Origin: a virus
Length of the DNA stretch: 64,000 bases
Direction: 5' to 3' (one strand)
IMG/VR virus record: IMGVR_UViG_3300028549_000563
Coordinates: 1-64,000 of that record
The position numbers were made by a program, and so were the translations under genes. Positions 9,379 through 19,011 of the stretch are shown here, piece after piece. Position 1 is the stretch's first letter, and every line of letters begins with the position of its first letter. The notes beneath the pieces were generated by a model, which worked only from the letters and a program-made list of their open reading frames with translations, had not been told where the DNA came from and ran no database searches.

Positions 9379-10245
9379 ATGACTCAATTTTACAACAATC
9401 AATACGGGAACCAACCTTATCCACAGCAACAACAGTATGGGGCTATGAACTATAATGCACGTCCTATTATTCAACCTAAGATGACACAACAGTCAAAAGA
9501 TGAGATCGAATTGTTACGTCGCGATGGAGAAAGTAAATTCTCTTTAGCATTGACAGATCTTGAAATGACCAGATCAGGTTGCCCTCATAGGGAAAATGGC
9601 CGTTTAACTTATACTGATAATGCAGATGGTACCGTTACATGCTCGATTTGTAGAGAGACATTTAATTTAGTAGACGCATCAGCAGCTGATGTCGGAATGA
9701 AAGTTGCAGATATTATTGACGTTCTGCAAAGTGTTAAAGCTTTACACTTAGACATCCCAGAGGATGTATTAAGATCATTCATGCCAATCATTGAAATGCT
9801 TAAAAAGGTACCAAGACTTTACGAAATGGCTGTTAATACTTTCCAAAAATACGATGTACCTATTCACCAAAATGCAAATGATCAATATGGATTTTCTCAA
9901 TTTGCTAACATTATGGGTGCAGGTTTTGGTATGCCACCAATGCAAATGCCACAATACCCAGCATATGGTCAACAACCATACATGGGTCAAATGCAACAAC
10001 AACCAATGGGTAATTATGGTCAACAACCACAATTCTATCAACAACCACAAACTGGTTATGGTGTTGGTAATCCATTTGGCAATAATGGTGGTGATCCCAC
10101 AATGTATCAACAACCACAATATCAACAAGCACCACCAAGTTATCAAACAGCACCAGTTAATATCGGACAACCAGTGGATCCATCTATGATCCCTCCACAA
10201 CCAGGTGCACCAACATTAGAAAGTACTAAGACTTACCAAGTATAG
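9379..10245 (+). CDS. Zn-ribbon protein flanked by Q/Y/P/G-rich low-complexity (prion-like) tails
   Basis: SD GGAAGGAGA 8 nt before ATG 9379 (in frame with track ORF 9355). CPH...CSIC cysteine pairs. N-tail QFYNNQYGNQPYPQQQQYG; C-tail of about 110 aa rich in Q, P, Y, G, M. Confidence 0.65.
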   Translation: MTQFYNNQYGNQPYPQQQQYGAMNYNARPIIQPKMTQQSKDEIELLRRDGESKFSLALTDLEMTRSGCPHRENGRLTYTDNADGTVTCSICRETFNLVDASAADVGMKVADIIDVLQSVKALHLDIPEDVLRSFMPIIEMLKKVPRLYEMAVNTFQKYDVPIHQNANDQYGFSQFANIMGAGFGMPPMQMPQYPAYGQQPYMGQMQQQPMGNYGQQPQFYQQPQTGYGVGNPFGNNGGDPTMYQQPQYQQAPPSYQTAPVNIGQPVDPSMIPPQPGAPTLESTKTYQV

Positions 10246-10285
10246 TTTTTAGTCAATCTATAAAAAAATATAATATAACAAACTT

Positions 10286-10323
10286 ATGAGTGTAGAGAAT
10301 TATATTCTCTACACTCATATTTA
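10286..10323 (+). terminator. hairpin terminator
   Basis: 15-bp stem atgagtgtagagaat / attctctacactcat. Confidence 0.6.
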
Positions 10324-10355
10324 TCAATAAAATTTTTTTAGTGAGGTGACTAGAT

Positions 10356-11912
10356 TTGGTAGTGGTAAACAATATTAATAATGATATGATGAAAAAAATT
10401 AAAAACTATGAGAATGAAATAAAATCATTAGAAGGATTTCATCTTGTAGTACGCCGTACTCCTGCTAGATATATAGGTGGAGTAGGTAACAAAGGATTCT
10501 TAAATCTATTTAGAGAGATACTTCAAAACTCTCTAGATGAAATAATGAAAAAGAATTCTCTTACTAACGTAGTAAGAGTTTCATTTGACGTTAGAACACT
10601 TGCATCTATTATACAAGATACAGGTAGAGGTATACCATTTGCTAAGATGATAAAAATCTTTACAGATGATAAGACATCTTCAAATTATGAAAAACAAAAA
10701 GGCGAATTTAGTTCAGGTGCTCATGGTACAGGTTCTACTATAGCCAATGCATTATGTACGTTATTTATGGTTGAAAGTTTTATTACAAGTATTGATGATA
10801 AAACAAAAACTGTAGAGTATAATGGTAGAAAGATTACATTTGATAATTTTATACCAACTACACCAGAACCTGAAGTTATTGAAAATCCACAGCTACAAGG
10901 AACTAGAGTTACATTTATACCATCAACAGATGTTTTAGGTATGATTACTATAGACCATAAAGAAATAATCCATATGATTAGATCTTTATTACCATTAACA
11001 GATATAGGCACCACAGTAGAATTTTCTTATATTGATAAGAATGGTAAAGCTGGAAGAGAAATAATTACAAATAAAGATGGTATACTAAGTATACTTATAT
11101 CAAATACAAAGTCGCCATTGATGATGCCAATATCAATAAAAGCAAATAATGGTGATGTAATGACTGATATATTATTAACCTATGATACTGATGAAAATGA
11201 AGGCGAAAGTGTTATATCATTTAGCAACTATTGCCATACAGTCTATGGTGGAACACATGTAGATGGATTCATGGAAGGTATTAGAAAATTCTTTAAGAAT
11301 TATATGAATAAGATTTATTTAAAGAATAATGCAAAGCTATCTATATCTAATGCTGATATATCATCAGGGTTAAAAGCTGTTGTAAGTGTATTAGTTCTCG
11401 ACCCACAATTTACTTCACAATCTAAAGATGCACTAGGTAATCCAGAGATTGTTGATTATATGCGAGACTTAGTATATGATTCATTAGAAGAATGGTCTAA
11501 ACGTCAACCAAATGATTTACAGAAAGCTTGTAAGTATTTAAAAGGTATGGCAGAAATTAGACTTAAATCTGAAGCTGGAAAAGTTAAAATGAATAAGTTT
11601 ACAGCATCGACTATTACAGGGCTACCTGCAAAGTATGATGCACCTTCAGATATGTCCCTACCCGGATTAGAATTCATAATGTGTGAAGGAGACTCTGCGG
11701 CAGGTAAAGCTAGAACTAATAAAGGTAAAAATCAAGGAATACTTCCATTACGTGGAAAGATTTCTAATGCGTTTACTACAACTAGAGAAATGCTACTTGC
11801 AAATACAGAAGTCCAGGCTATTATAAATATAATAGGTGCTGGATATGGTAGATCCTTTGATATCTCTAAATGTAGATACGAGAAGATAATAATAATGGCC
11901 GATGCCGACCCT
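10356..11912 (+). CDS. type II DNA topoisomerase large (GyrB/T4 gp39-like) subunit, exon 1
   Basis: GHKL and Toprim motifs EILQNSLDE, DTGRGIP, GAHGTGS, QSKDALGN, EGDSAAG, PLRGKISN, IIIMADAD. TTG start with SD GAGGTG. The ORF continues only 6 codons past the proposed splice site. Confidence 0.85.
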
Positions 11913-12109
11913 AAACTTATTGGGGCATAATAGAGTGATCTATTATGGAAACACTTTTTGAATTGCTGGGAATCCCTTAGAGCCTATGTAACTACAACGT
12001 GACCTGTAAAGGTGAGCGTGAATGTTTGAAAATATATAGGATTGGGTTATCTATAGCAGCGAAGCTTAAATAATCATAGTCTCCTAAATTAATATAAGGA
12101 GGTGATATC

Positions 12110-12691
12110 ATGAAAGAATTATATACACCTTTTACTATAAAACCTTTTGAGTACTATAAAAAATGTACTTATCCGGGAGTGAAAGAAGATTTATATATTA
12201 TATCAGATGAAGGAAACATAATAAATACGAAGACAAACAAAACTAGAAAAACTAATATACTGGACAAAAATGGTTACCCTAGGCTAGAAATGGCCTGTAA
12301 AGAAAAAGGAAGACACATTCAGTTACATATATTAGTCGCACATGAATTTATAGGAATTCGACCAGAAGGACTTGTGATTAATCACAAGGATGGCGATCCT
12401 ACCAGATCATTTGCGGAAAATCTAGAATACATAACACAAAGCGAGAATGTAAAACATGCATATCGAATTGGATTGGCTACACCTCTTGCAGGTGAAAACG
12501 CCAATGGTAATGTATATAAAGAAAGTATGATTCGTGAAATATGTAAAATGTTTCAAGATGGTATAGATATAAAAGATATAAGAAAAACTTTTGGTGCTAG
12601 TAGAACTAATAATAGATCTACATACTCACTAATAGATGATATCAGAGCTAAAAGAACTTGGAAGTACGTTATACAAGATTATGATTATTAA
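12110..12691 (+). CDS. intron-encoded HNH homing endonuclease
   Basis: INHKDGDPTRSFAENLEYITQSENVKHA (HNH_3-type); SD AAGGAGGTG. N-terminus is LYTPFTIKPFEY. Confidence 0.8.
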   Translation: MKELYTPFTIKPFEYYKKCTYPGVKEDLYIISDEGNIINTKTNKTRKTNILDKNGYPRLEMACKEKGRHIQLHILVAHEFIGIRPEGLVINHKDGDPTRSFAENLEYITQSENVKHAYRIGLATPLAGENANGNVYKESMIREICKMFQDGIDIKDIRKTFGASRTNNRSTYSLIDDIRAKRTWKYVIQDYDY

Positions 12692-12740
12692 GAACGTTCA
12701 ACGACTATCGAAAGCTACACTATTTAAGAAATTAAATAAT

Positions 12741-12819
12741 TAATGACACTGATGCTGTAATAATTCGGTGGGTATAGAAATATACTTAAAGCTAGTAGAG
12801 TACACTCAAGTGAGTGGAA
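12741..12819 (+). repeat. 79-nt block identical to the reverse complement of 54258-54336 (shared intron core)
   Basis: Compared by eye, base by base: taatgacactgatgctg...caagtgagtggaa. A further 23-nt identical block lies at 12696-12718 and 54360-54382. Confidence 0.85.
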
Positions 12820-12937
12820 GCGGAAAGTATCTATTATATAAGCATAATAGATAATGATATAGTCTAGACTATAATGAAAATTATAGAAGTTCATAAGAGA
12901 ACTGGTTAGGATTAACGAACCTAATTGAATTGCCTCG

Positions 12938-13756
12938 GATGGGGCGCATATCGCTACTTTGCTATTGTCATTCTTTGTGTTATACATGCCCGATTTAATT
13001 CGGCACGGAAGATTATATAAAGCGGTCCCTCCATTATATGGAATACCAAAAGGTAAAGATAAGATGCAATACTTTACTAACAGAATAGAATACATCTCAT
13101 TTTTACAGAAAACATTTTCTCAGAAGAATGAAATTTCTAATTTAAGTAAAACTAAATTAGCTAAGAGTGAGATGTTAAACTTCATATACAAAAATGATGA
13201 TTATGTATATGAATTAGAAGCAATAGCTAATAGATTTGCACTTGATCCCAATCTACTAGAACTGGTACTATTTAATAAAGATTTACCAGTTGCTAAACTA
13301 TCTAGTGTAGTTAATAAAGAATTTAGATTTGTTAATGCACATTATGATAAGACTACTAAATGTATCATCGTAGAGGGGTTGATTGGAAGTAAGTATCAGT
13401 ATTTATTCTTAAATGATAAACTGATAAACGATTCAAAATTAATATTAGATTATATCTACACCACAAATGGTGGAGAACTTCACTATATCATGAATGATAA
13501 AATAGCATCAATATATGATATAATGAAAGCATTTGAATTAGCTAGCCCTAATGGTCTTAAACGATTTAAGGGTTTAGGAGAAATGAATGGAATACAATTA
13601 AAAACCAGTACACTAGATCCTGATGGAGATAGAACACTGATTAGGTACATGCTTGAAAATGCAAAAGAAGAGATAGAAGAAATTAGAGTTATACAATCTA
13701 ATAAATCTAGACTTCTAAAAGAAATCGGACGTGTAACGCGTTCTGAATTAAGATAG
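12938..13756 (+). CDS. type II topoisomerase large subunit, exon 2
   Basis: In-frame DGAHIATLLLSFF, PPLYG and RFKGLGEMN; the junction reconstitutes MADADPDGAHI. Confidence 0.8.
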   Translation, partial: DGAHIATLLLSFFVLYMPDLIRHGRLYKAVPPLYGIPKGKDKMQYFTNRIEYISFLQKTFSQKNEISNLSKTKLAKSEMLNFIYKNDDYVYELEAIANRFALDPNLLELVLFNKDLPVAKLSSVVNKEFRFVNAHYDKTTKCIIVEGLIGSKYQYLFLNDKLINDSKLILDYIYTTNGGELHYIMNDKIASIYDIMKAFELASPNGLKRFKGLGEMNGIQLKTSTLDPDGDRTLIRYMLENAKEEIEEIRVIQSNKSRLLKEIGRVTRSELR

Positions 13757-13769
13757 GAGAGCGGAATCT

Positions 13770-16133
13770 ATGTCGGAAATAATAGAAGTTTCTGCTTTAG
13801 AGCAGTATAAAAAAGATAGTATTGAATATGCTATAATGGTAAACCGCGTCAGGATGATACCTGACGTGAGGGATGGTTTAAAGACAATACATAGAAGAAT
13901 AGAAACTGCTATGTATTTTGACAATCCAAGAACACATACTGGCCATGTAAAATCTGCTAAAATTGTTGGAGATGTCATGGGTAAATATCACCCACACGGC
14001 GATGTTGGTATATATGGAGCATTTAAACCTATGGCCAATTGGTTCGAGATAAAACTTCCATTAATTGACCCTCAAGGAAATTTTGGTAACTTCTTAGGAG
14101 ATGGAGCTTCCGCTCCTAGATATACGGAAGTAAGGTTATCTCAATATTCTATGGAATGTATTATAGGTAGTTTAAAAGAAACAAAGAATGCAGTTGATTG
14201 GTATCCTAACTATGATAATACCGAAGTTCAACCAGAGTTTATGCCTGTAGAAGTTCCTAATCTACTAATAAATGGTGGCTTTGGTATTGGGTTTGGAATC
14301 AAAACTGATATACCAAAACATAATGTTGGAGAAGTAATAGATGCTACTATAGCATTAATGAAAAATCCAAATACAAAGATATTATTATATCCAGATCAGT
14401 GTATGCCTGTAGATATATTAAGTACAGAATTTAAACAGATATGTAATACTGGCCATGGTAGCTATGCTGCAAGGGCTGTTATAGATGTTGAAGACTTTAA
14501 GGGTGGAAGACAAGCTCTAGTAATAAAGTCTGTACCTGATATGGTATTTTTCGATTCAGTAAAAGAAAAGATTGAAAAATTAATGCAGGATAAAGTTCTA
14601 AGCCAAGTATCAGATATAATTGGAGAATCCTCAGACAATGAAATGAGATCACTTATTGTTCTTAAAAAAGGATCTGACCCGGAATTTGTAAAACAAATAT
14701 TATATCAGAAAACAGAGTTAGAGAAGAGATACACTGTAAACTTTGAAGTATTGATGGGTACAGAAAATATTAGATTATCCTATAAAGCATATTTAGAATC
14801 ATTTATTGATTTTAGAAGAATGACTAAGTTTAGGGTATATTGCAATAGACTTCAACCATTACAAACTAGACTACATCGTATAGATGCTTATATCAAAGCT
14901 CTAGAAAGTGGAGATATAGATATGATAATGGATACAATTAGAAAACAGAAGCAGGTAAATGATAATGAACTTGTAGATTTTCTAATTAAGAAGTTGAAGA
15001 TTACAGACATGCAAGCGTCATATATAATCAATGCACCTAATAAGACATTATCTATTGGATACTTCAAGAAATATAAAGAGGAATCTGCAGAGATTCTGGA
15101 AACTATAGATGGTATTATGAAAATTATTAATGATACTGATGCTATAGATTTAGAGATCATACAAGAGTTACAGATGTATAAGAAGAAATATGGTTCACCA
15201 AGGATATCAAGATTAGTCGATTCTGATACAGTCAGCGATATACCAAAAGGAGATTTTAACATTGTTATTACAGATGATAACTTTATTAAAAAGATGCCTG
15301 CAAGTATTGATATGGTAGGATCTGGGGCTGCACCTAAGTTCTTTATTAAAGGATGCAATAGCCAGAATATACTTTTGTTCAATGAAATGGGTAAAGTATT
15401 TAAATTACCTATAAGCAAAATTCCTATGAGCGATAAGTCTAGTGTGGGTACAGATATGAGATTTCTCATCAAGAACTCCACTGCTAATTTGATCTCTGTA
15501 GTCTATGAGCCTGTATTAGAAGACCTTGCTGGAAGAGTAACTAAGCATTTCTTGACTATAGTAACTGTATCTGGATTGATTAAAAAGATTGATCTGGACG
15601 ATATAACAAATACACCTCCTAGCGGAATAATATTTATAAAGCTAGATAAAAATGATAGAGTTGCTGCAACTAAGTTAACAGGATTAAATTCTGATGTCAT
15701 AGTATACTCTGATCATAGTGCACTTAGAATTAAAGTTAAAGACGTACCACATCAAAAGCGTAATACTAAAGGTGTACGATCAATGGCTATGGGTGAGAAA
15801 ATAGATGGAATGTCTATTGTTCATCCAGATACTAATAATATAATCGTCGTTACAGATAAAGGTTATGTTAATAGGTTCGATAGTGTTGCATTACCAGTAG
15901 TTGGTAGAAATAAATCAGGTTCTAAAGTTATTAAGCTAAAACAAGGTGATAGTATAAAATCTATTATTGCCATAGATGAGAGTGATAACATAATTATAAG
16001 AACCACCAAAGAAATTATTAAAATTCCAGTTAAAGACATTGCTAAAGGTAGCAGCGTATCAAGCGGGGATAAAATAATAACTTTGAAAAATGATACGATA
16101 CTAAGTGTTGGTAAACAGAAAGAGGTGGACTAA
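13770..16133 (+). CDS. type II topoisomerase A (GyrA/T4 gp52-like) subunit
   Basis: DGLKTIHRRI, HPHGD, APRYTEVRL (catalytic Tyr context). Confidence 0.85.
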   Translation: MSEIIEVSALEQYKKDSIEYAIMVNRVRMIPDVRDGLKTIHRRIETAMYFDNPRTHTGHVKSAKIVGDVMGKYHPHGDVGIYGAFKPMANWFEIKLPLIDPQGNFGNFLGDGASAPRYTEVRLSQYSMECIIGSLKETKNAVDWYPNYDNTEVQPEFMPVEVPNLLINGGFGIGFGIKTDIPKHNVGEVIDATIALMKNPNTKILLYPDQCMPVDILSTEFKQICNTGHGSYAARAVIDVEDFKGGRQALVIKSVPDMVFFDSVKEKIEKLMQDKVLSQVSDIIGESSDNEMRSLIVLKKGSDPEFVKQILYQKTELEKRYTVNFEVLMGTENIRLSYKAYLESFIDFRRMTKFRVYCNRLQPLQTRLHRIDAYIKALESGDIDMIMDTIRKQKQVNDNELVDFLIKKLKITDMQASYIINAPNKTLSIGYFKKYKEESAEILETIDGIMKIINDTDAIDLEIIQELQMYKKKYGSPRISRLVDSDTVSDIPKGDFNIVITDDNFIKKMPASIDMVGSGAAPKFFIKGCNSQNILLFNEMGKVFKLPISKIPMSDKSSVGTDMRFLIKNSTANLISVVYEPVLEDLAGRVTKHFLTIVTVSGLIKKIDLDDITNTPPSGIIFIKLDKNDRVAATKLTGLNSDVIVYSDHSALRIKVKDVPHQKRNTKGVRSMAMGEKIDGMSIVHPDTNNIIVVTDKGYVNRFDSVALPVVGRNKSGSKVIKLKQGDSIKSIIAIDESDNIIIRTTKEIIKIPVKDIAKGSSVSSGDKIITLKNDTILSVGKQKEVD

Positions 16134-16328
16134 ATGTCAGCAGCAGATGAAAACAGGAAAGTCACTGGAGCCTATAATAAAGGTCTTAGAGACGGCCGAG
16201 AAGAAATGAAAATTGCTATTCTTAAGAATATCAAATCTGATATTAAATGGGTTGGAGATTCTAGAATGGCCGAGTTATCAGCATATGTTAATGCTATCTA
16301 TAGCTCGATGAATTTATCTAATATCTAA
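16134..16328 (+). CDS. hypothetical small protein
   Basis: 64-aa ORF abutting the upstream stop. Confidence 0.45.
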   Translation: MSAADENRKVTGAYNKGLRDGREEMKIAILKNIKSDIKWVGDSRMAELSAYVNAIYSSMNLSNI

Positions 16329-16336
16329 AACAAAAT

Positions 16337-16376
16337 AAAAGTGTAGACCATAACGGTCTACACTTTTTATTTTTTA
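16337..16376. terminator. bidirectional terminator
   Basis: gtgtagacc / ggtctacac flanked by an A-run and a T-run. Confidence 0.75.
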
Positions 16377-17723
16377 TTTAGAAGGTCTTTTATCTTGATA
16401 TGTTTTATCTAGTAAGTTATATGATTGAGCTCCTAGATATGTAAATAATGCATTTCTAAAGTCTCCACCAAAGTTATCAGCCATCCAAAGATTATAAGAT
16501 TTTAGAATAAAATCTGGATCATCTAAATTTGTTATATCTGTAGATACATTGAGAGCTTTCCTTAAATCTACTAAATCTTCTTTAATAGCAGAAACCATCT
16601 TTTTGTCCATATCAGAACGATTCAATTCAGCCTCTAACATATCAATTTGATTTAATGTTCTAGCTACCGTTTCTGGATGAGATGATATCGGATGTAGGAC
16701 AAATGACATTACAGATTCAGTTACATCTCCAAGTTGTTTAAACACTGGAACACTTCTATATATTTTATTAGTCATATATCCATGATCGCTAAAAGTCATT
16801 TTGTTAAGTGCTGAAGATAAGTCTGCACCATAACCATATGCTGTAGCAAAGTTATCAGAAAGTTGTTCATTTCTGAAAGAAGGTATTGCTGCTAATTTAT
16901 TAATAATACCAGTACTTAAAAGTCGCATAATAATATTATATCCTATAAATATTGGATTGAAAATTGCTAGAGTTTTTACCACATTATTTATTCCAACAAA
17001 TACCTCTTTTATAAGGTTTCCAATAAAAGTATAACCAAAATTAATAGACTGTATCAGTGTTGTTAATAATACATTTTTTCTTATTGCATTGTCTATAGGG
17101 CTTAATACAAATTCTATAGCATTAATAGACCATACAGCAGAAGAAAATTTAGCAATATCTAATTCCTTATTAACAACAACATTTATTATTATTTCTTCAA
17201 GTAATGCGGCAAGTAATAAAACTTTATATGCACTACCAATAAGACTATTATTAGTATATGCCGTAGTAAATGAATGACCAACTTCATGTAATAGTATTGC
17301 TAATATTTCTCTATCTGTAAACTCTTTTCGCATAATTAATCCAGAAGTTATGTATGTAGAGACACAGTATATATTATTACTTTTAAATTTGAAACCTTTA
17401 TCACTAACTTCTAATTTCTTTCCTGGATTAATTATATCTAGTCTATTAGATACAGGCATAGTGAATGCATTAAATGTTCTATCTGGCAGAATATTTAATG
17501 TAAAAACTCTAAACCCAAACATCTTTTCAATCTTTCTGCTAAGTTCCAATACCTCAGGCATTGAATTTGCTTTTACTACATTTAGCATAGTAAGTTTAGA
17601 TCTAATTACTGTTACGAGTTTCTGTAATTCTTGAATCTCTGGAGTCTCGCCAAAATATACTTCTTGTATTATCTGTTGCGATTCTAATATTTGTTTTGCA
17701 GCATCTGGCATGTATATACTCAT
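16374..17723 (-). CDS. putative membrane-associated HEXXH zinc metallopeptidase
   Basis: LLHEVGHSF plus several hydrophobic stretches. SD GAAGGAG lies 8 nt before ATG 17723; the track start 17741 is a GTG inside the SD. Confidence 0.5.
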   Translation of the reverse strand: MSIYMPDAAKQILESQQIIQEVYFGETPEIQELQKLVTVIRSKLTMLNVVKANSMPEVLELSRKIEKMFGFRVFTLNILPDRTFNAFTMPVSNRLDIINPGKKLEVSDKGFKFKSNNIYCVSTYITSGLIMRKEFTDREILAILLHEVGHSFTTAYTNNSLIGSAYKVLLLAALLEEIIINVVVNKELDIAKFSSAVWSINAIEFVLSPIDNAIRKNVLLTTLIQSINFGYTFIGNLIKEVFVGINNVVKTLAIFNPIFIGYNIIMRLLSTGIINKLAAIPSFRNEQLSDNFATAYGYGADLSSALNKMTFSDHGYMTNKIYRSVPVFKQLGDVTESVMSFVLHPISSHPETVARTLNQIDMLEAELNRSDMDKKMVSAIKEDLVDLRKALNVSTDITNLDDPDFILKSYNLWMADNFGGDFRNALFTYLGAQSYNLLDKTYQDKRPSK

Positions 17724-17752
17724 TATTGTACGCTCCTTCACATAGTTTTATT

Positions 17753-17764
17753 TAATTATATGTT
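17753..17764 (-). promoter_or_regulatory. AACA-N6-TA promoter-like motif
   Basis: aacatataatta, 30 nt before ATG 17723. Confidence 0.5.
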
Positions 17765-17773
17765 TATCATGAA

Positions 17774-17785
17774 AACATATAATTA
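17774..17785 (+). promoter_or_regulatory. AACA-N6-TA promoter-like motif
   Basis: aacatataatta, 26 nt before ATG 17811; divergent twin of 17753-17764. Confidence 0.5.
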
Positions 17786-17810
17786 ATATAAATAAAAGGA
17801 GGTAAATAAA

Positions 17811-18995
17811 ATGCCTAAAGTAGATATAGAGGTAATATTAAAAGAACTTTACCCCAAAGTTAAAGCAAAGGCTACTCCAGCTATGCTTAAGAATTTTAAG
17901 AAATTAATGGGAGATTTTATCGAGACAAGATATATACAGCTATATGACATAGCTCCTTGCGATAGAATAGTATTTTCTAAGGAAGATGAATTGAAATTTT
18001 TTACAGCTATAGATATATCTGAAGAAGAGGTTGATGATATTATAAAGAAAACCTATTATGGAAATATATCAGCGTTCAGACCAAAAGCAGCAAAAGATCC
18101 ATTTACAGTATTATTACTGACATTTATTAGATATCTTATATTAGTAGATAAAGACAAGAAGAATATAGATTTAGCATTAATCTATATTTCATTCTCTGGA
18201 AAGTTCTATCCAAGTATTCATTATGGTAGTTATCCAACATTCACTCCATCTGAATATAGACATGTAATGGAATATGTTGTAAATAATGAGCTATCTCAAA
18301 AGTATGATATTAAAAGAGAAGGTTCTATTATAAAGGCAGTTGTCTCTGTAGCTAAAACATGGATGGAAACATATATGGATAGAATCAAAGACTTTAATGA
18401 TGAAGATATAGTATACCTTATTCAACAGCTTCATAATCGAATATCTTCGTTTACTCATAATATAGCTGAAATATATTATGATGTATATGAGAATAAAAAA
18501 GATTATATGACATATGATTCTGACAGTATGGATGAAGAAAATTATAGATTAGCTGATAGTGATTCACTTATGTTAGAACGTGCAGTTGAATCTACAATGA
18601 TTATGCTTACAAGTTCTAATGTAGATTATGCAAGATGCAAAACAGCAGCTAATGGTAGAGTTAAAACAGATGAGTTAAAAGGTATTATAGAATCAATACT
18701 TCAAGATAGTAAAAATATACCATTAATGCGTGAATTAGTGACATCTATAATTGCAGATTACTTTACTGTAAGTAAGACTAAAGATTTAAAAGATCAAAAC
18801 TTTTTAGCCACAGCAATGACAGCTAAACCTAATAGTAAGAATCCTAGAGTTGAAAGACAAAAAGAGATTTTAGAAGAATTTTTAGATGTCAATTCACCAG
18901 CTTATAGAAAAAAGAAAAATCGTTTAGCTACTAAATTAGCATATAATAAATCATTGCATTATTATATAATACTAACAATACATAAGGCTGCATAG
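17811..18995 (+). CDS. hypothetical protein
   Basis: 394-aa ORF, SD AAGGAGG. Confidence 0.55.
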   Translation: MPKVDIEVILKELYPKVKAKATPAMLKNFKKLMGDFIETRYIQLYDIAPCDRIVFSKEDELKFFTAIDISEEEVDDIIKKTYYGNISAFRPKAAKDPFTVLLLTFIRYLILVDKDKKNIDLALIYISFSGKFYPSIHYGSYPTFTPSEYRHVMEYVVNNELSQKYDIKREGSIIKAVVSVAKTWMETYMDRIKDFNDEDIVYLIQQLHNRISSFTHNIAEIYYDVYENKKDYMTYDSDSMDEENYRLADSDSLMLERAVESTMIMLTSSNVDYARCKTAANGRVKTDELKGIIESILQDSKNIPLMRELVTSIIADYFTVSKTKDLKDQNFLATAMTAKPNSKNPRVERQKEILEEFLDVNSPAYRKKKNRLATKLAYNKSLHYYIILTIHKAA

Positions 18996-19011
18996 AAGGA
19001 GTTGACTAATA

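Larger units (their letters stand above)
11913..12937 (+). mobile_element. group I intron with HNH endonuclease ORF
   Basis: It splits the conserved DADxDGxHI motif. The exon ends in U (..CCCU), which can pair with GGGG at 11922-11925 as a P1 helix with U.G wobble. The intron ends in G before GAT GGG GCG CAT. The 3-prime half is homologous to the terminase intron. Confidence 0.75.

Noticed and set aside
9609-10200. Track ORFs 9609-9791(-), 9775-10200(-), 9791-10189(+) and 9911-10153(-), overlapping the Q-rich gene
   Set aside because: They are products of the repetitive CAA/CCA/TAT codon composition (W/L/H/V-rich nonsense). None has an SD, and all overlap a well-supported CDS.
12724-13095. 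123-aa minus-strand ORF spanning the intron 3-prime core and topoisomerase exon 2
   Set aside because: It is antisense to a conserved ribozyme block and to the DGAHI/PPLY coding sequence, has no SD, and has an implausible composition.
14888-15481. 197-aa minus-strand ORF inside the GyrA-like gene. Similar long antisense ORFs occur at 30471-30842, 33950-34255 and 47351-47668.
   Set aside because: These are typical AT-rich antisense open frames (Ile/Leu/Ser/Phe rich), wholly nested in motif-supported genes.
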